Shown piece by piece: positions 11,022-20,369 of a DNA stretch of 64,000 nt (position 1 is its first letter; each line of letters starts with the position of its first letter). The translations under genes and the position numbers were made by a program. Location of the stretch: contig JBBQVQ010000004.1 in the NCBI GenBank assembly GCA_038211425.1, positions 6,591 to 70,590 on the forward strand. Direction: 5' to 3'. The stretch is from Candidatus Limnocylindria bacterium (GTDB taxonomy: Bacteria; Chloroflexota; Limnocylindria; P2-11E). The notes under the pieces were generated by a model, which had not been told where the DNA came from, ran no database searches, and saw only the letters and a program-made list of their open reading frames with translations.

Positions 11022-11543
11022 GTGACGGAAGGGGAGCAGGTCGCTCATCCGACGGATGAGGAGCAGGTGCGCCGGCTGTATGAGGAGCTCGTCGAGGGGT
11101 GGAACGCGCGCGATGCGTCGCGCATGGCTCTGCTGTTCGCGGACGACGGCAGCGTGGTCGGTTTCGATGGAAGCCAGATGGACGGTCCGAGCCAGATCGA
11201 AAAGGTCCTCGGAGGGATCTTCGTCGATCACCAGACGGCTCCGTACACGTCGATCGTGCGAGATGTGCGCGTGCCGGACGCGGACGTCGCGGTGCTGCGG
11301 GCGGTCGTCGGGATGGTGCCGCCGGGGCAGGATGACATCGATCCGTCGGTCAATGCGGTCCAGACGCTCGTGGCCGTGCGGCGCGAGGGACGATGGCGGG
11401 TCGAGCTCTTCCAGACCACGCCGGCGGCGTTCCACGGCCGGCCTGAGGAAAGCGCTCGATTGACGCAGGAGCTGCGGCGCGCGCTCCGGGCCTACCGGTC
11501 GTCCTCCTCGTCGGAATCCTCGGCCTCGAACTCGTCGGAGTAG
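11022..11543 (+). CDS. SnoaL-like / DUF4440 (NTF2 fold) protein
   Basis: N-terminus EEQVRRLYEELVEGWNARDASRMALLFADDGSVVGFDG is typical of the SgcJ/EcaC-type NTF2 family. The Ser-rich C-terminal tail overlaps the convergent gene and may be shorter. Confidence 0.45.
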   Translation: MTEGEQVAHPTDEEQVRRLYEELVEGWNARDASRMALLFADDGSVVGFDGSQMDGPSQIEKVLGGIFVDHQTAPYTSIVRDVRVPDADVAVLRAVVGMVPPGQDDIDPSVNAVQTLVAVRREGRWRVELFQTTPAAFHGRPEESARLTQELRRALRAYRSSSSSESSASNSSE

Positions 11544-11805
11544 AAACCCAGCTCCTCCGCCTTGAACACTGTGACGAGGAAATCCTCGCGCTCGGGGTCG
11601 TGCGTCTGCACGAGCTCTTCGTCGAGTTGGTCGATGAGCTGCTGGAGCTCGTCGTCCGTGAGGTCCACCTCGAGCAGCAGGGTGCCGTTGACCTCGAAGC
11701 GGCCGTAATGGATGTCAACGCGGCCGACGCGGCGGGCGCCTCCGTAGATCGCGAAGATCTCGCTGGACTCCGTCCGGACCTGGCGCTCGAAGCGCGCGGC
11801 TTCCA
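11492..11805 (-). CDS. Small acidic hypothetical protein (104 aa) downstream of serA
   Basis: ATG 11805 sits 36 nt after the serA stop on the same strand. Translation is MEAARFERQVRTESSEIFAIYGG...DDELQQLIDQLDEELV...EAEDSDEEDDR. No confident family assignment. Confidence 0.4.
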
Positions 11806-11841
11806 TCAGCGCCCCCGTGCTCCCGTCATAGGCGCGTGACT

Positions 11842-13425
11842 CTACCGCTTCAGGCGCGCGGTCCGCACCTGGTCGACGTCGGCGAAGGTGCCGATGCGCG
11901 CGCGGACGTCGTCGGGGACCGGGTCGTCGAGCGTCAGGATCATCAGCGCCTCTCCGCGCGGGTGTAGGCGTCCGACCTGCATCGACGAGATGTTCACGTC
12001 GCTCTCGCCGAGCAGCGTGCCGACGCGTCCGACCAGCCCGGGCTTGTCCTGGTGCTTCGTCAGGAGCAGATGACCCTCGACCGCTACATCGACCCAGAAG
12101 CCGTCGATGTAAACGATGCGCGGTTCCCCCTGCACCAGCGTCCCCGCGACGGCGGTCCGTCCGACCTGGAGCCGCAGCAGCGCGGAGAACCGGGGCGCCT
12201 CGGTCTCCCGGCGCTCGACCACCACGAGCCCGCGCGACCGGGCGACGGCGAGCGCATTCACGAGGTTCACGCGCTCTTCGCTGAAGGTCTCCAGCAGCCC
12301 CTTCACCGCGGCCGCGCGGAGCGCTTCGGGATCGATCTCGAGCAAACGGCCTTCGTACGCCAGCTCGATCTCGCTCGGCCGTTCGTCGAGGAGTTGCCCC
12401 GCGAGCGCGCCGAGTCCCTCGGCGAGCCTGAGCCATGCGGTGCCTCCGGATTCCTCCGACGGCGGCCGTGGCGCATTCACCGCGAAGGCCGCCGGACGGC
12501 CGTCGAGCACGTCGAGGAGCTGCCGTACGACGTCGACCGCGACGTTGGTCTGCGCCTCGGAGGTCGATCCCGCGATGTGCGGCGTCAGGATCGTCCGCGG
12601 GGCGCGGCGGATCGGCGAGTCCGGGGGGAGGGGCTCCTGGGGGTAGACATCGAGCGCCGCTCCCGCGATGGTGCCGGCCTCGAGCGCCGCCGCAAGGGCG
12701 GGAAGGTCGACGATCTCCCCTCGCGCGCAATTAACGAGGATCGTGCCGGGCTTCATCTTCGCGAGCGTTTCGGCATTCACCAGACCGCGCGTCTGGTCCG
12801 TGAGTGGGGTGTGGAGGGAGACGACGTCCGCTGTCGCGAACAGCTCGTCCAGGCCGACCAGCCGCGCTCCGGCGGAGCGGGCGCCGGCCTCCGTGGCGAA
12901 CGGGTCATACGCGATCACCCGCATGTCGAACGCCGCCGCGCGCCGCGCCACCTCGCTGCCGACGCGTCCGACGCCGAGAAGACCCAGCGTCTTGCCCCGC
13001 AGCTCGCGGCCGATGAACGCGCTCCTGGTCCAACGTCCCTCGCGAACGCTCGCGTCGGCCAGGGGGACGTGGCGCAACAACGCGAGGGTCAGCGCAAGCG
13101 CGTGCTCCGCGGCCGCGACCACGTTGCCGTGCGGGGCGTTCACGACATACACGCCGCGTGCGGTGGCCGCTGCGACGTCGATGTTGTCGACTCCGACGCC
13201 TGCCCGCCCCACGACCACCAGGCGTGGCGCCGCATCGAGCACGCGTGCCGTCACTTTCGTCTCGCTGCGGACGGCCAGCGCCTCGACGTCCGCCATGCGA
13301 CCGACGAGCTCGTCCTGGCTCTGCCCGAGAGCGACCCGCACCTCGCAACGCTCGCGCAGCAGGTCGAGCCCCTCCTGCGCGAGCGGGTCAGCGACGAGGA
13401 CGACCGGCCGGTGGCCGGAGGCTAT
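11842..13425 (-). CDS. serA: D-3-phosphoglycerate dehydrogenase, long form with ASB and ACT domains
   Basis: Collinear with M. tuberculosis SerA1 (PVVLVADPL..., GVGVDNIDV, NAPHGNVVAAAEHALAL, GLLGVGRVGSEV, C-terminal ACT). No ATG/GTG/TTG lies between the upstream stop and the conserved N-terminus. The 5' end is placed at the ATA that overlaps the serC stop and is tentative. Confidence 0.75.
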   Translation of the reverse strand: MASGHRPVVLVADPLAQEGLDLLRERCEVRVALGQSQDELVGRMADVEALAVRSETKVTARVLDAAPRLVVVGRAGVGVDNIDVAAATARGVYVVNAPHGNVVAAAEHALALTLALLRHVPLADASVREGRWTRSAFIGRELRGKTLGLLGVGRVGSEVARRAAAFDMRVIAYDPFATEAGARSAGARLVGLDELFATADVVSLHTPLTDQTRGLVNAETLAKMKPGTILVNCARGEIVDLPALAAALEAGTIAGAALDVYPQEPLPPDSPIRRAPRTILTPHIAGSTSEAQTNVAVDVVRQLLDVLDGRPAAFAVNAPRPPSEESGGTAWLRLAEGLGALAGQLLDERPSEIELAYEGRLLEIDPEALRAAAVKGLLETFSEERVNLVNALAVARSRGLVVVERRETEAPRFSALLRLQVGRTAVAGTLVQGEPRIVYIDGFWVDVAVEGHLLLTKHQDKPGLVGRVGTLLGESDVNISSMQVGRLHPRGEALMILTLDDPVPDDVRARIGTFADVDQVRTARLKR

Positions 13426-14654
13426 CGGCGGATCCCCATGGCGGAGTCCGGCGCGACGCGCCGCGGAGCAGCGACGCGCGGCGGCGGCGGCGGCGGCTGG
13501 GTGCGCTGGTCGTACGCGCGCAGTGTCGCGGCGATCGCGACTCCCGGTTCCACGGGCTGATTGAAGTCGCGCAGCGCGAGCTCGAGGGCGCTGAAGAACG
13601 AGACCATGTCCTGCAAGGTCACGAAGCCCATGTGTCCCACGCGCGCGACCTGGCCTTCGAGCCGGCCCTGCCCGCCCGCGATGATCGTGTCGTAGTCGTC
13701 GCGCAGGACACGAAGAAGGTTCCGCGCGTCGAGGCGGGCCGGCATGCGGAACGCCGTGACGGCGGGCGAAGCGAAGCGCTCGTCGGCGAGCAGGGCCAGG
13801 CCCAGCGCCTGCAGGCCGCGCCGCGTCGCGAACGCAAGGTCCCGGTGGCGGCGGATGATCGAGTCGAGGCCCTCCTCGGCCATGAGCCGCAGCGACTCCT
13901 GGAGAGCGATCACGACGGTGTTGGCGGGCGTCTGCGGCGTTTGCCCCTTCTCGAGAGAGGACTTGGCGCGCTGCAGGTCGAAGTACGCCTTCGGGAGGTT
14001 CGAGCTCTCGTAGGCCTTCCACGCGGCAGCGCTCATCGTGACGATCGCGATCCCGGGAGGGGCTCCCCACGCCTTCTGCGACGCGGTGACGCACACGTCG
14101 ACACCCCACTCGTCGATCGCAAGCTCGGCCGCGCCCGCGCCCGAAACGCTGTCGACGATCAGGAGCTTTCCGGAATCGCGGACGACCTCGGCGATCTCCT
14201 TCAGCGGGTTGAGCACGCCGGTCGATGTTTCGTTGTGCGTGACCAGGACCGCCTTGGCGCCGTCCCTGCCTCGCTCCTTCGCGAGCTCCTCGCGGACCAG
14301 GTCCGGCTCGACGGCGCGGCCCCAGGGGACGTCGACCCGGCGCGCGTCGACGCCGTACGACCTCGCGATCGAGTGGAAACGCTCGCCGAAGGCTCCGTTG
14401 CTGAACGCGACGACCTTGTCCTGTGCCGACAGCGTGTTGGCGATCGCGGCTTCCATCCCGCCCGAGCCCGAGCAGGTCAGAAGCAGCACGTCGCCCTCGG
14501 TGCGCAGGAAATCCTGGAGCGCTCGCGTGATCGCCGCGAGCAGCGCCGCGAACTCGGGGCCGCGGTGGTTGATCATCGGCCGCGCCGACGCGGCAAGCAC
14601 GGTCTGTGGCACGAACGTGGGTCCGGGGACGCGGAGGTTCTGCGGGCGGTACAT
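13422..14654 (-). CDS. serC: Class V aminotransferase (AGXT/SPT-type; likely phosphoserine aminotransferase given serA linkage)
   Basis: MYRPQNLRVPGPTFVPQTVL..MINHRGPEF at the N-terminus, PLP-lysine region TASQKAWGAPPG. ATG 14654 is preceded by GAGGA. Confidence 0.7.
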   Translation of the reverse strand: MYRPQNLRVPGPTFVPQTVLAASARPMINHRGPEFAALLAAITRALQDFLRTEGDVLLLTCSGSGGMEAAIANTLSAQDKVVAFSNGAFGERFHSIARSYGVDARRVDVPWGRAVEPDLVREELAKERGRDGAKAVLVTHNETSTGVLNPLKEIAEVVRDSGKLLIVDSVSGAGAAELAIDEWGVDVCVTASQKAWGAPPGIAIVTMSAAAWKAYESSNLPKAYFDLQRAKSSLEKGQTPQTPANTVVIALQESLRLMAEEGLDSIIRRHRDLAFATRRGLQALGLALLADERFASPAVTAFRMPARLDARNLLRVLRDDYDTIIAGGQGRLEGQVARVGHMGFVTLQDMVSFFSALELALRDFNQPVEPGVAIAATLRAYDQRTQPPPPPPRVAAPRRVAPDSAMGIRR

Positions 14655-15363
14655 GGGCAGCCGTCCTCTCTCTGTAGACCGGGGAAGCGCTCTATATGAT
14701 GAGGCCCTGAAGCTCGCTCCGTCCATCCTGTCGGCCGATTTCGGGCGCCTGGCGGAAGCTGCCGCGGCGGCCGAGCAGGGCGGTGCCGATTGGCTGCACG
14801 TCGACGTGATGGACGGGCACTTTGTGCCCAATCTCACATTCGGGCCCAAAATGGTCGAGGATCTGCGCGGCGCCACGACGCTGCCGCTGGATGTTCACCT
14901 CATGATCGAGCGGCCCGAGGCGTGGATCGAGCGCTTCGTCGCGGCAGGCGCCACCTATCTCACGATCCACGTCGAGGCCACCAGCGACGCCGCCGGGACG
15001 CTCGAGGCGATCCGCCGTCTGGGCGCCCAGCCCGGCGTGACGCTGAACCCCGAGACCCATCTCGACGCTCTGCTGCCGCACCTCGGCGCGGTCGATCTCG
15101 CGCTGGTCATGAGCGTGCACCCGGGATTCGGGGGCCAGTCATTCATCGATGGATCGCTCGAGCGCGTCGGTGCGGTGCGACACTTCCTCGACGAACGCGG
15201 GCTGCGAGCGGAGCTCGAGGTCGACGGTGGGGTCAAACCGGAGAACGCGCGCGCGATCGCCGCCGCCGGTGCGACGGTCCTGGTGGCCGGCTCGGCCGTC
15301 TACCGCGACGCGGATGGTCCGGAGGCCGCCCTGCGAAAGTTCCGCGAGGCCGCCGCGGGGTGA
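14653..15363 (+). CDS. rpe: Ribulose-phosphate 3-epimerase
   Basis: LAPSILSADFGRLAEA..DWLHVDVMDGHFVPNLTFGP...MSVHPGFGGQSF..DGGV..AGSAVY match Rpe throughout. The start is ambiguous. ATG 14653 overlaps the serC start codon on the other strand. CTG 14707 would give a canonical MKLAPSILSADF N-terminus. Confidence 0.75.
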   Translation: MGSRPLSVDRGSALYDEALKLAPSILSADFGRLAEAAAAAEQGGADWLHVDVMDGHFVPNLTFGPKMVEDLRGATTLPLDVHLMIERPEAWIERFVAAGATYLTIHVEATSDAAGTLEAIRRLGAQPGVTLNPETHLDALLPHLGAVDLALVMSVHPGFGGQSFIDGSLERVGAVRHFLDERGLRAELEVDGGVKPENARAIAAAGATVLVAGSAVYRDADGPEAALRKFREAAAG

Positions 15364-15475
15364 TGCTCGCGACCGGGGGGACAGCGCAGGTCCGGCCAGG
15401 TGAGATTCGTCGTGCCCTTTGAGACCGGGCCGATCGCCAGCGCCCCTCGTTGCGACGCACGGGATCGCGCGCTGG

Positions 15476-16546
15476 TCAGCCTGCGCGAGGCGAGTACGCA
15501 GCCGAGGCGCGGCGCTCACGCCTGCGCCTGGCGACGAGGACGACGAGGACGAGGCCGCTCAGAAGGATGAAGGATGCCAGCGTGGCCAGCGCCACGACCG
15601 GCGATCCCTCCTGCGGCCGCGAGCCCAGAAGGAATCCTCCCGCGACCGCGCCCGGATCTGGGGATCGCGCCGTGGTTTCGGCGACGTCGAAGTCGCTGTC
15701 CCAGACGAGGCTGCCGCCATCCCACGCCAGCTCGATGTGCGCGTGGTACCGGCCCGCCGGCGGTCCGGGCGTCCAGCGGATGGGATAGACGGCGTCCGTC
15801 CCCGGCACGGTCGTGTCGAGCGAGAGCTGCGACGCGAGCGCCGTCGAGCGGTCGGCTCGCGTGATCAGCAGCGACCCCGCGGACTTCAGCAGCGTGTTGC
15901 CGGTGTTCCCCAGGCGCGCGACCGCGTAGATCCCATCAGGACGCTCCTGACCCGAGACCCCGCGCACCGCCATCTGGCTCGTTCGCGCTCCAAAGACATT
16001 CACCTGGATCGCGACGACGGCGCGCTGCTGGACCTGGAGGCCGGCGTCCCCCGATGCCGGCGGAGGCAGCGCAACGTAGGCCGCGAGACCCGCGAGGTGC
16101 TCTCCAGGCGTGGTGTCGGCCGGCACCTGCACCGAGAATGCGACGATGGCGGAGCTGCCCGTGGCCACCGAGAATGACGAGCTCTCGAGTTCGACCCAGG
16201 ATCCCACGCGTTCGCGCGCCTGGTCAGGGAGCGCGTACGAAACTCCGCCGAAGGGACCCGTCGAGGCATCGACGGCGATGAGCGAGACCACCGCCGGGGC
16301 CGGGCTGAGGTTGCTCGCCGCGACGTGTCCGACGAAGATCGAACCCGGCAGAGCATCGATGACGAAGTAGCCGGGTCCGGCGATCGGCCGCCCGGCGGCG
16401 TCCGAAGGCGCGAGTGACACTTTCGCGGCGACCTCGGTGGCGAAGGCCGGCGCCCCACCCACCGCGCCGCCCGCCGCGAACAGAGCCAGAACGAGCGCGA
16501 CCGGCCCGACCGCGAAGGGCGCCCTTCCGGAAGAGCGCCCGGTCAC
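15476..16546 (-). CDS. CscA-like anchored cell-surface protein (signal peptide + extracellular region + C-terminal TM helix and basic tail; DUF916/DUF3324-like architecture)
   Basis: Signal peptide APFAVGPVALVLALFAAGGAVGGAPAFA, about 290 aa Ser/Thr/Ala-rich ectodomain, then C-terminal FILLSGLVLVVLVARRRRERR. It is immediately downstream of the WxL gene, as in csc clusters. The domain assignment is from architecture only. Confidence 0.45.
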   Translation of the reverse strand: MTGRSSGRAPFAVGPVALVLALFAAGGAVGGAPAFATEVAAKVSLAPSDAAGRPIAGPGYFVIDALPGSIFVGHVAASNLSPAPAVVSLIAVDASTGPFGGVSYALPDQARERVGSWVELESSSFSVATGSSAIVAFSVQVPADTTPGEHLAGLAAYVALPPPASGDAGLQVQQRAVVAIQVNVFGARTSQMAVRGVSGQERPDGIYAVARLGNTGNTLLKSAGSLLITRADRSTALASQLSLDTTVPGTDAVYPIRWTPGPPAGRYHAHIELAWDGGSLVWDSDFDVAETTARSPDPGAVAGGFLLGSRPQEGSPVVALATLASFILLSGLVLVVLVARRRRERRASAAYSPRAG

Positions 16547-16553
16547 CGGGAAA

Positions 16554-17144
16554 TTACGGCCCGGCGACGATCGAGACGGTCAGGGTCGAGTGGTAGGTCG
16601 TGGCGTACGCGCTGCCCGGCACCGTCAGCTGGAGATTTCCCGTGCCCACCGTCGCCGGCGCGAAGTTGTACGTGCCCGCCCCGGCACCGGCCGCGGCGGA
16701 TGCGACAGTGACGGCGCTGCCGCTGTCGAGCGCGGTCAGCGCCGAGATGCTGATCGTCGGTGGGGCCGCGAGCCCGGTGCAGAGGCCGACGCAGGTGACG
16801 GTCGGTGCCGGCATGCTGAGCGAGCTGGCCGGGAATGCCGCGCCGCCGGCGGGACATCCCACGTCCACGGGGTTGGTGCAGGCGAAGGTCGTCGCGCTGA
16901 AGGTGACGTGCCAGCCCGTGGCGGTGCCGCGCGCATCGATCGCCTGGTACGTGGTCAGCGCGGCATCGACCGCCTGGCTCGCGCCCGTGAGGGTCGCGAC
17001 GAACGGCCCGGGGACGGCGCCGGTCAGCGAGAGCGTGCCCGCGGTCAGCGTCGCGGTCATCGGACCTCCGGAGACCGCGAACGCGGAGACGGCGCCGGTC
17101 AGCAGGAGCGCGACGGTGGCGAGGACAGTGAGGCTGGATCTCAT
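16554..17144 (-). CDS. WxL-domain cell-surface protein
   Basis: Signal peptide MRSSLTVLATVALLLTGAVSAFA after a GAAGGGAAG RBS (the second ATG is preferred). First WxL motif AIDARGTATGWHVTFSATTF. C-terminal motif GTYNFAPATV...YHSTLTVSIVAGP corresponds to the YxxxLTWTL..P end of PF13731. Confidence 0.65.
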   Translation of the reverse strand: MRSSLTVLATVALLLTGAVSAFAVSGGPMTATLTAGTLSLTGAVPGPFVATLTGASQAVDAALTTYQAIDARGTATGWHVTFSATTFACTNPVDVGCPAGGAAFPASSLSMPAPTVTCVGLCTGLAAPPTISISALTALDSGSAVTVASAAAGAGAGTYNFAPATVGTGNLQLTVPGSAYATTYHSTLTVSIVAGP

Positions 17145-17441
17145 CGTTTTCTTCCCTTCGCGTGCGGACGTCATCGCCCCAGCGATGGGACAAGCGACCG
17201 GTAGTTAGATTATGGGGTCTCCGAGCTGATAGCACCATCCCCAGGCATCGCCTGCCTTGGCGTCAATGACCCGCCGTAATAGCGCAGCCGGCCGGGCGCA
17301 GCGACAACAGAACGACCGGGAGACCGAGCAGCGTCCGTTTGCCGGCCGCACGTGGCCTTGCGTCGGGCGCGACTCTCGGCCCTGGGCTGAGTGGTCGTCG
17401 GGTGCAGCCGCGGATGCATGGGGGACGGTCTCGCCAGCGAC

Positions 17442-17807
17442 CTACGCGTCCCCCAGGCCCAGCTCGTGGAGGCGCTCGTCGCTGATGCCGAAGTGGTGCG
17501 CGACCTCGTGCATGACGGTGTCCCGGACGATCGCGGCCTGGTGCCGCGGCGATGCGGTCATCGCCTCGATCGGATGCCGATAGATGGTGATGCGGTCCGG
17601 CAGCAGCGGCTCGTCGAAGCCGCGGGCCGTCAGTGGAGTGCCCTCGTAGAGACCGAGCAGCGTCTGCCCCTTCGCGAGTCGGGACGGATCCGGGTCGTCC
17701 TCCACCAGGATCTCGACGTTTCGCATGCGCTCGCGGAACGCGATGGGGAGGGACGCGACCGAGTCGCGGACCAGACGCGCGAAGCGTGCGCGCCGAAGAT
17801 GGGACAT
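17442..17807 (-). CDS. Zincin-like metallopeptidase (DUF1025 family)
   Basis: MHEVAHHFG (HExxH) plus N-terminal SLPIAFRERMRNVEILVEDDPD are typical of PF06262. Start taken at the internal Met (MSHLRRARF). Confidence 0.6.
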   Translation of the reverse strand: MSHLRRARFARLVRDSVASLPIAFRERMRNVEILVEDDPDPSRLAKGQTLLGLYEGTPLTARGFDEPLLPDRITIYRHPIEAMTASPRHQAAIVRDTVMHEVAHHFGISDERLHELGLGDA

Positions 17808-17847
17808 GCCCGCCACTGTACCCGTGACCTGCGCCGGCGCCATCCTT

Positions 17848-18447
17848 TCATGCGGCGCTGCAGCGCATCCGCAATCGGCGAAGCGCGCGGGATCGGAGCC
17901 GGCACACACCGGACTCCGACAGGCCCACCCGGGCGCCGATCTCGCGCAGCGTGAGTTTCTGGCCGAACGACAGCTGCAGCACGCGCCGCTCGAGCGGCGG
18001 CAGGCCGCGCATGGCCTTTGCGACCGATGGCCATCGCGCGTCCTGCCGGGCGCGGCACCGGACGGCCGCCGGGATCTCGCGTCCGGCGGCGGTATAGCGG
18101 TCGAGCGATACCTCCGCGAATGGCGCGGGCGTAAGAGGGTCGGAGGCGCGGGCCTCGCGGAAGGCTCGCCGCGCGCTGCGCGTCAGCGGATCGCTCACGC
18201 GCAGGGCGTCGAGCACCTGGCCCCGGACCCGTCGCGCCGCATACGAGGCGAACGTCGCCCCCTGGTCGTCGCGGTAGCGTTTCGCGGCCTGGACCAGGCC
18301 CACCATTCCCCACGCGATGAGGTCGTCGCGGTCGGTGCCGCGGCACCGTGGGTCGATGGCGCGCGCCGCGATGGTCCGCGCGAACCGGAGGTGCGCGATG
18401 ATGCGCGCGTCGGTGTTGTCGTCGATGGCCTGCGCTTCCATGCTCAT
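17848..18447 (-). CDS. Sigma-70 family RNA polymerase sigma factor (group 3/ECF-like, regions 2 and 4)
   Basis: Region 2 DDLIAWGMVGLVQAAKRYRDDQGATFASYAARRVRGQVLDALR and region 4 LPPLERRVLQLSFGQKLTLREIGARVGLSESGVCRLRSRALRRLR. Start placed at ATG 18447 after a G-rich RBS. Confidence 0.65.
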   Translation of the reverse strand: MSMEAQAIDDNTDARIIAHLRFARTIAARAIDPRCRGTDRDDLIAWGMVGLVQAAKRYRDDQGATFASYAARRVRGQVLDALRVSDPLTRSARRAFREARASDPLTPAPFAEVSLDRYTAAGREIPAAVRCRARQDARWPSVAKAMRGLPPLERRVLQLSFGQKLTLREIGARVGLSESGVCRLRSRALRRLRMRCSAA

Positions 18448-18478
18448 CCCCCCGGGCGCACCGTAGTCACGCCGGGTC

Positions 18479-19036
18479 ATGGGTGTCAATCGAGAGTTGA
18501 CGGCATTATCCACAGATGGCCTGCTCGACCGGCTCTACCGCCGCTACGCCTACCCCGACTGGCTGGTCGCGCATAGCGAGGTCGTGGGTCGCATCGCGGG
18601 CGTCCTGGCGGGCGGGCATCGGGAGATCGGCACCGACCTCGACGCGCGAGCCGCGACCCTCGCCGGATACCTACACGACATCGGACGGACTCCGCTGCTC
18701 GCCGGCGACGCGAGGGATCACGCCGAGCTATCGGCGCTCGTGCTCGCCGCCGAAGGGCTGGCGGAGCTCGGCGAGCTCGTGCGCCGGCACCCCGTCTACG
18801 CGGTCCTCGACCCAATACGGGCGCCGCGCACGTTGGAGGAAAAGATCGTCTACGTCGCCGACCGGCGTGGCGGCACGAGCGCGGTGTCTCTCGACGAGCG
18901 GATGGACGGTGTGATCAGGCGTCGCCCCGAACACGCCGACTCGCTCCGGCGCGCGCATCCGCTCGCCCGCGCCATCGAGGTGGAGGTCTTCGCCGGACTG
19001 CCCTTCGCTCCGGACGAGCTCGCATCGCAACTGTGA
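18479..19036 (+). CDS. HD-domain metal-dependent phosphohydrolase
   Basis: HSEVVGRIAG...YLHDIGR (HD motif). Divergent from the sigma gene with only about 31 bp between the start codons. Confidence 0.55.
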   Translation: MGVNRELTALSTDGLLDRLYRRYAYPDWLVAHSEVVGRIAGVLAGGHREIGTDLDARAATLAGYLHDIGRTPLLAGDARDHAELSALVLAAEGLAELGELVRRHPVYAVLDPIRAPRTLEEKIVYVADRRGGTSAVSLDERMDGVIRRRPEHADSLRRAHPLARAIEVEVFAGLPFAPDELASQL

Positions 19037-20241
19037 AGGCGGACGCATCGCGCCTACGCGAACACACGGCGCAGCTCTCGGCGATCGGCGGCCGCGGACC
19101 CTCAGTGACGCGACTGGGGCTGAGCGTTGAGGAACAGGCCGCGCGAGATCTCGTCGCGTCGTGGCTCGCCGCGCGTGGTGCCTTCGTCCGGCGCGACGCG
19201 GCGGCGAACCTGTTCGCGCGCTTTGGTCCCGCGGAAGGCGACGTGGTCATGACCGGCTCGCACCTCGACTCCGTGCCTGACGGAGGCCGATACGACGGGG
19301 CGCTCGGTGTTCTGTGCGCCGTGGAGGCCGTCGAGATCCTGCTCGATTCCGGTGCGCCGATCCGCCGCCCCCTCGAGATCGTCGCCTGGGCGGACGAGGA
19401 GGGGGCGCGCTTCGGGATCGGGCTCTTCGGCAGCGCAGCGGCGTTCGGCCGGCTCCCGCCGAAGGCGGCCGAGCGGCGCGACGCGGCCGGCACCTCGATC
19501 GCCGACGCCCTGCGCGCGCTCGGCGAGGAGGGCGAGCCCGCGGCGGCGCGCCGCGCGGACGTCGCGGCGTACATCGAGTTGCACATCGAACAGGGTCCGC
19601 ACCTCGCCGATGCGGGCCGGGCTCTCGGAGTGGTGAGCGACATCGTCGGCATCCTTCACGGCCGCGTCACGGTGAACGGCCGTGCCGATCACGCGGGCAC
19701 CACGCCCATGCCGAGCCGGCGCGACGCGCTCGCGGGAGCGGCCCAGATGATCGGCGCTCTCGAGGCCGCCGCCCGGCATCGCGCCGGCGCCGTCGCGACT
19801 GTCGGCGAGATCTCCGTGCGCCCCGGGGCCAAGAACGTCGTCCCCGCCGAATGCACTTTCTCGGTGGATGTCCGCGCGCCCGATGCGCGATCGCTCGCCG
19901 CCGTCATCAGGCAATTCCGCCAGGCCATGCGGCTTGTCGGCGACGCGCGGGGATTGCGCTCGGTCCTCGACGTGCTCTCCGAGGTCCCGCCCACCCGGAT
20001 GGACGCCGACCTCGTGAGCCTGCTGCGCCGCTCGGCCGCGGCCGTCGGGATCGAAGCACCCGCTCTGGGAAGTGGCGCGGGCCACGACACGATGAATGCG
20101 GTGCTCGCCGGCGTGCCGAGCGCGATGCTCTTCGTCCGCTCACGCGGCGGCAGCCACACGCCGCGCGAACACGCGTCGGCCGAGGACGCGGCCCTGGGCG
20201 CATCGGCCCTCGCCCTCGCTCTCGGCGACCTCGTCGCCTGA
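19033..20241 (+). CDS. M20-family Zn-dependent amidohydrolase (allantoate amidohydrolase / N-carbamoyl-L-amino-acid hydrolase type)
   Basis: MTGSHLDSVPDGGRYDGALGVLCAVEAVEIL, WADEEGARFG and HIEQGP match the AmaB/AllC subfamily. GTG 19033 overlaps the HD-gene stop (GTGA). Confidence 0.7.
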   Translation: MKADASRLREHTAQLSAIGGRGPSVTRLGLSVEEQAARDLVASWLAARGAFVRRDAAANLFARFGPAEGDVVMTGSHLDSVPDGGRYDGALGVLCAVEAVEILLDSGAPIRRPLEIVAWADEEGARFGIGLFGSAAAFGRLPPKAAERRDAAGTSIADALRALGEEGEPAAARRADVAAYIELHIEQGPHLADAGRALGVVSDIVGILHGRVTVNGRADHAGTTPMPSRRDALAGAAQMIGALEAAARHRAGAVATVGEISVRPGAKNVVPAECTFSVDVRAPDARSLAAVIRQFRQAMRLVGDARGLRSVLDVLSEVPPTRMDADLVSLLRRSAAAVGIEAPALGSGAGHDTMNAVLAGVPSAMLFVRSRGGSHTPREHASAEDAALGASALALALGDLVA

Positions 20242-20369
20242 TCGTCGAAAGGCGATCCCGCGGACTCCCGCGCGTCCCGCCCCCAGGGCGGCGTCGTTTC
20301 CGAAGGCTTTCCGGTAGGCCGTACCATCACGTCGACAGTTCACGTCAACTGGTGTTGGGGAGTGCGGCG

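Noticed and set aside
18448-18478. Only 31 bp between divergent sigma-factor and HD-gene start codons, considered as a mis-called start
   Set aside because: Both N-termini are supported by an RBS (sigma) or first-ATG position (HD). Alternative downstream starts exist (ATG 18441; TTG 18497), but nothing in the sequence forces a different call. Kept as annotated with moderate confidence.
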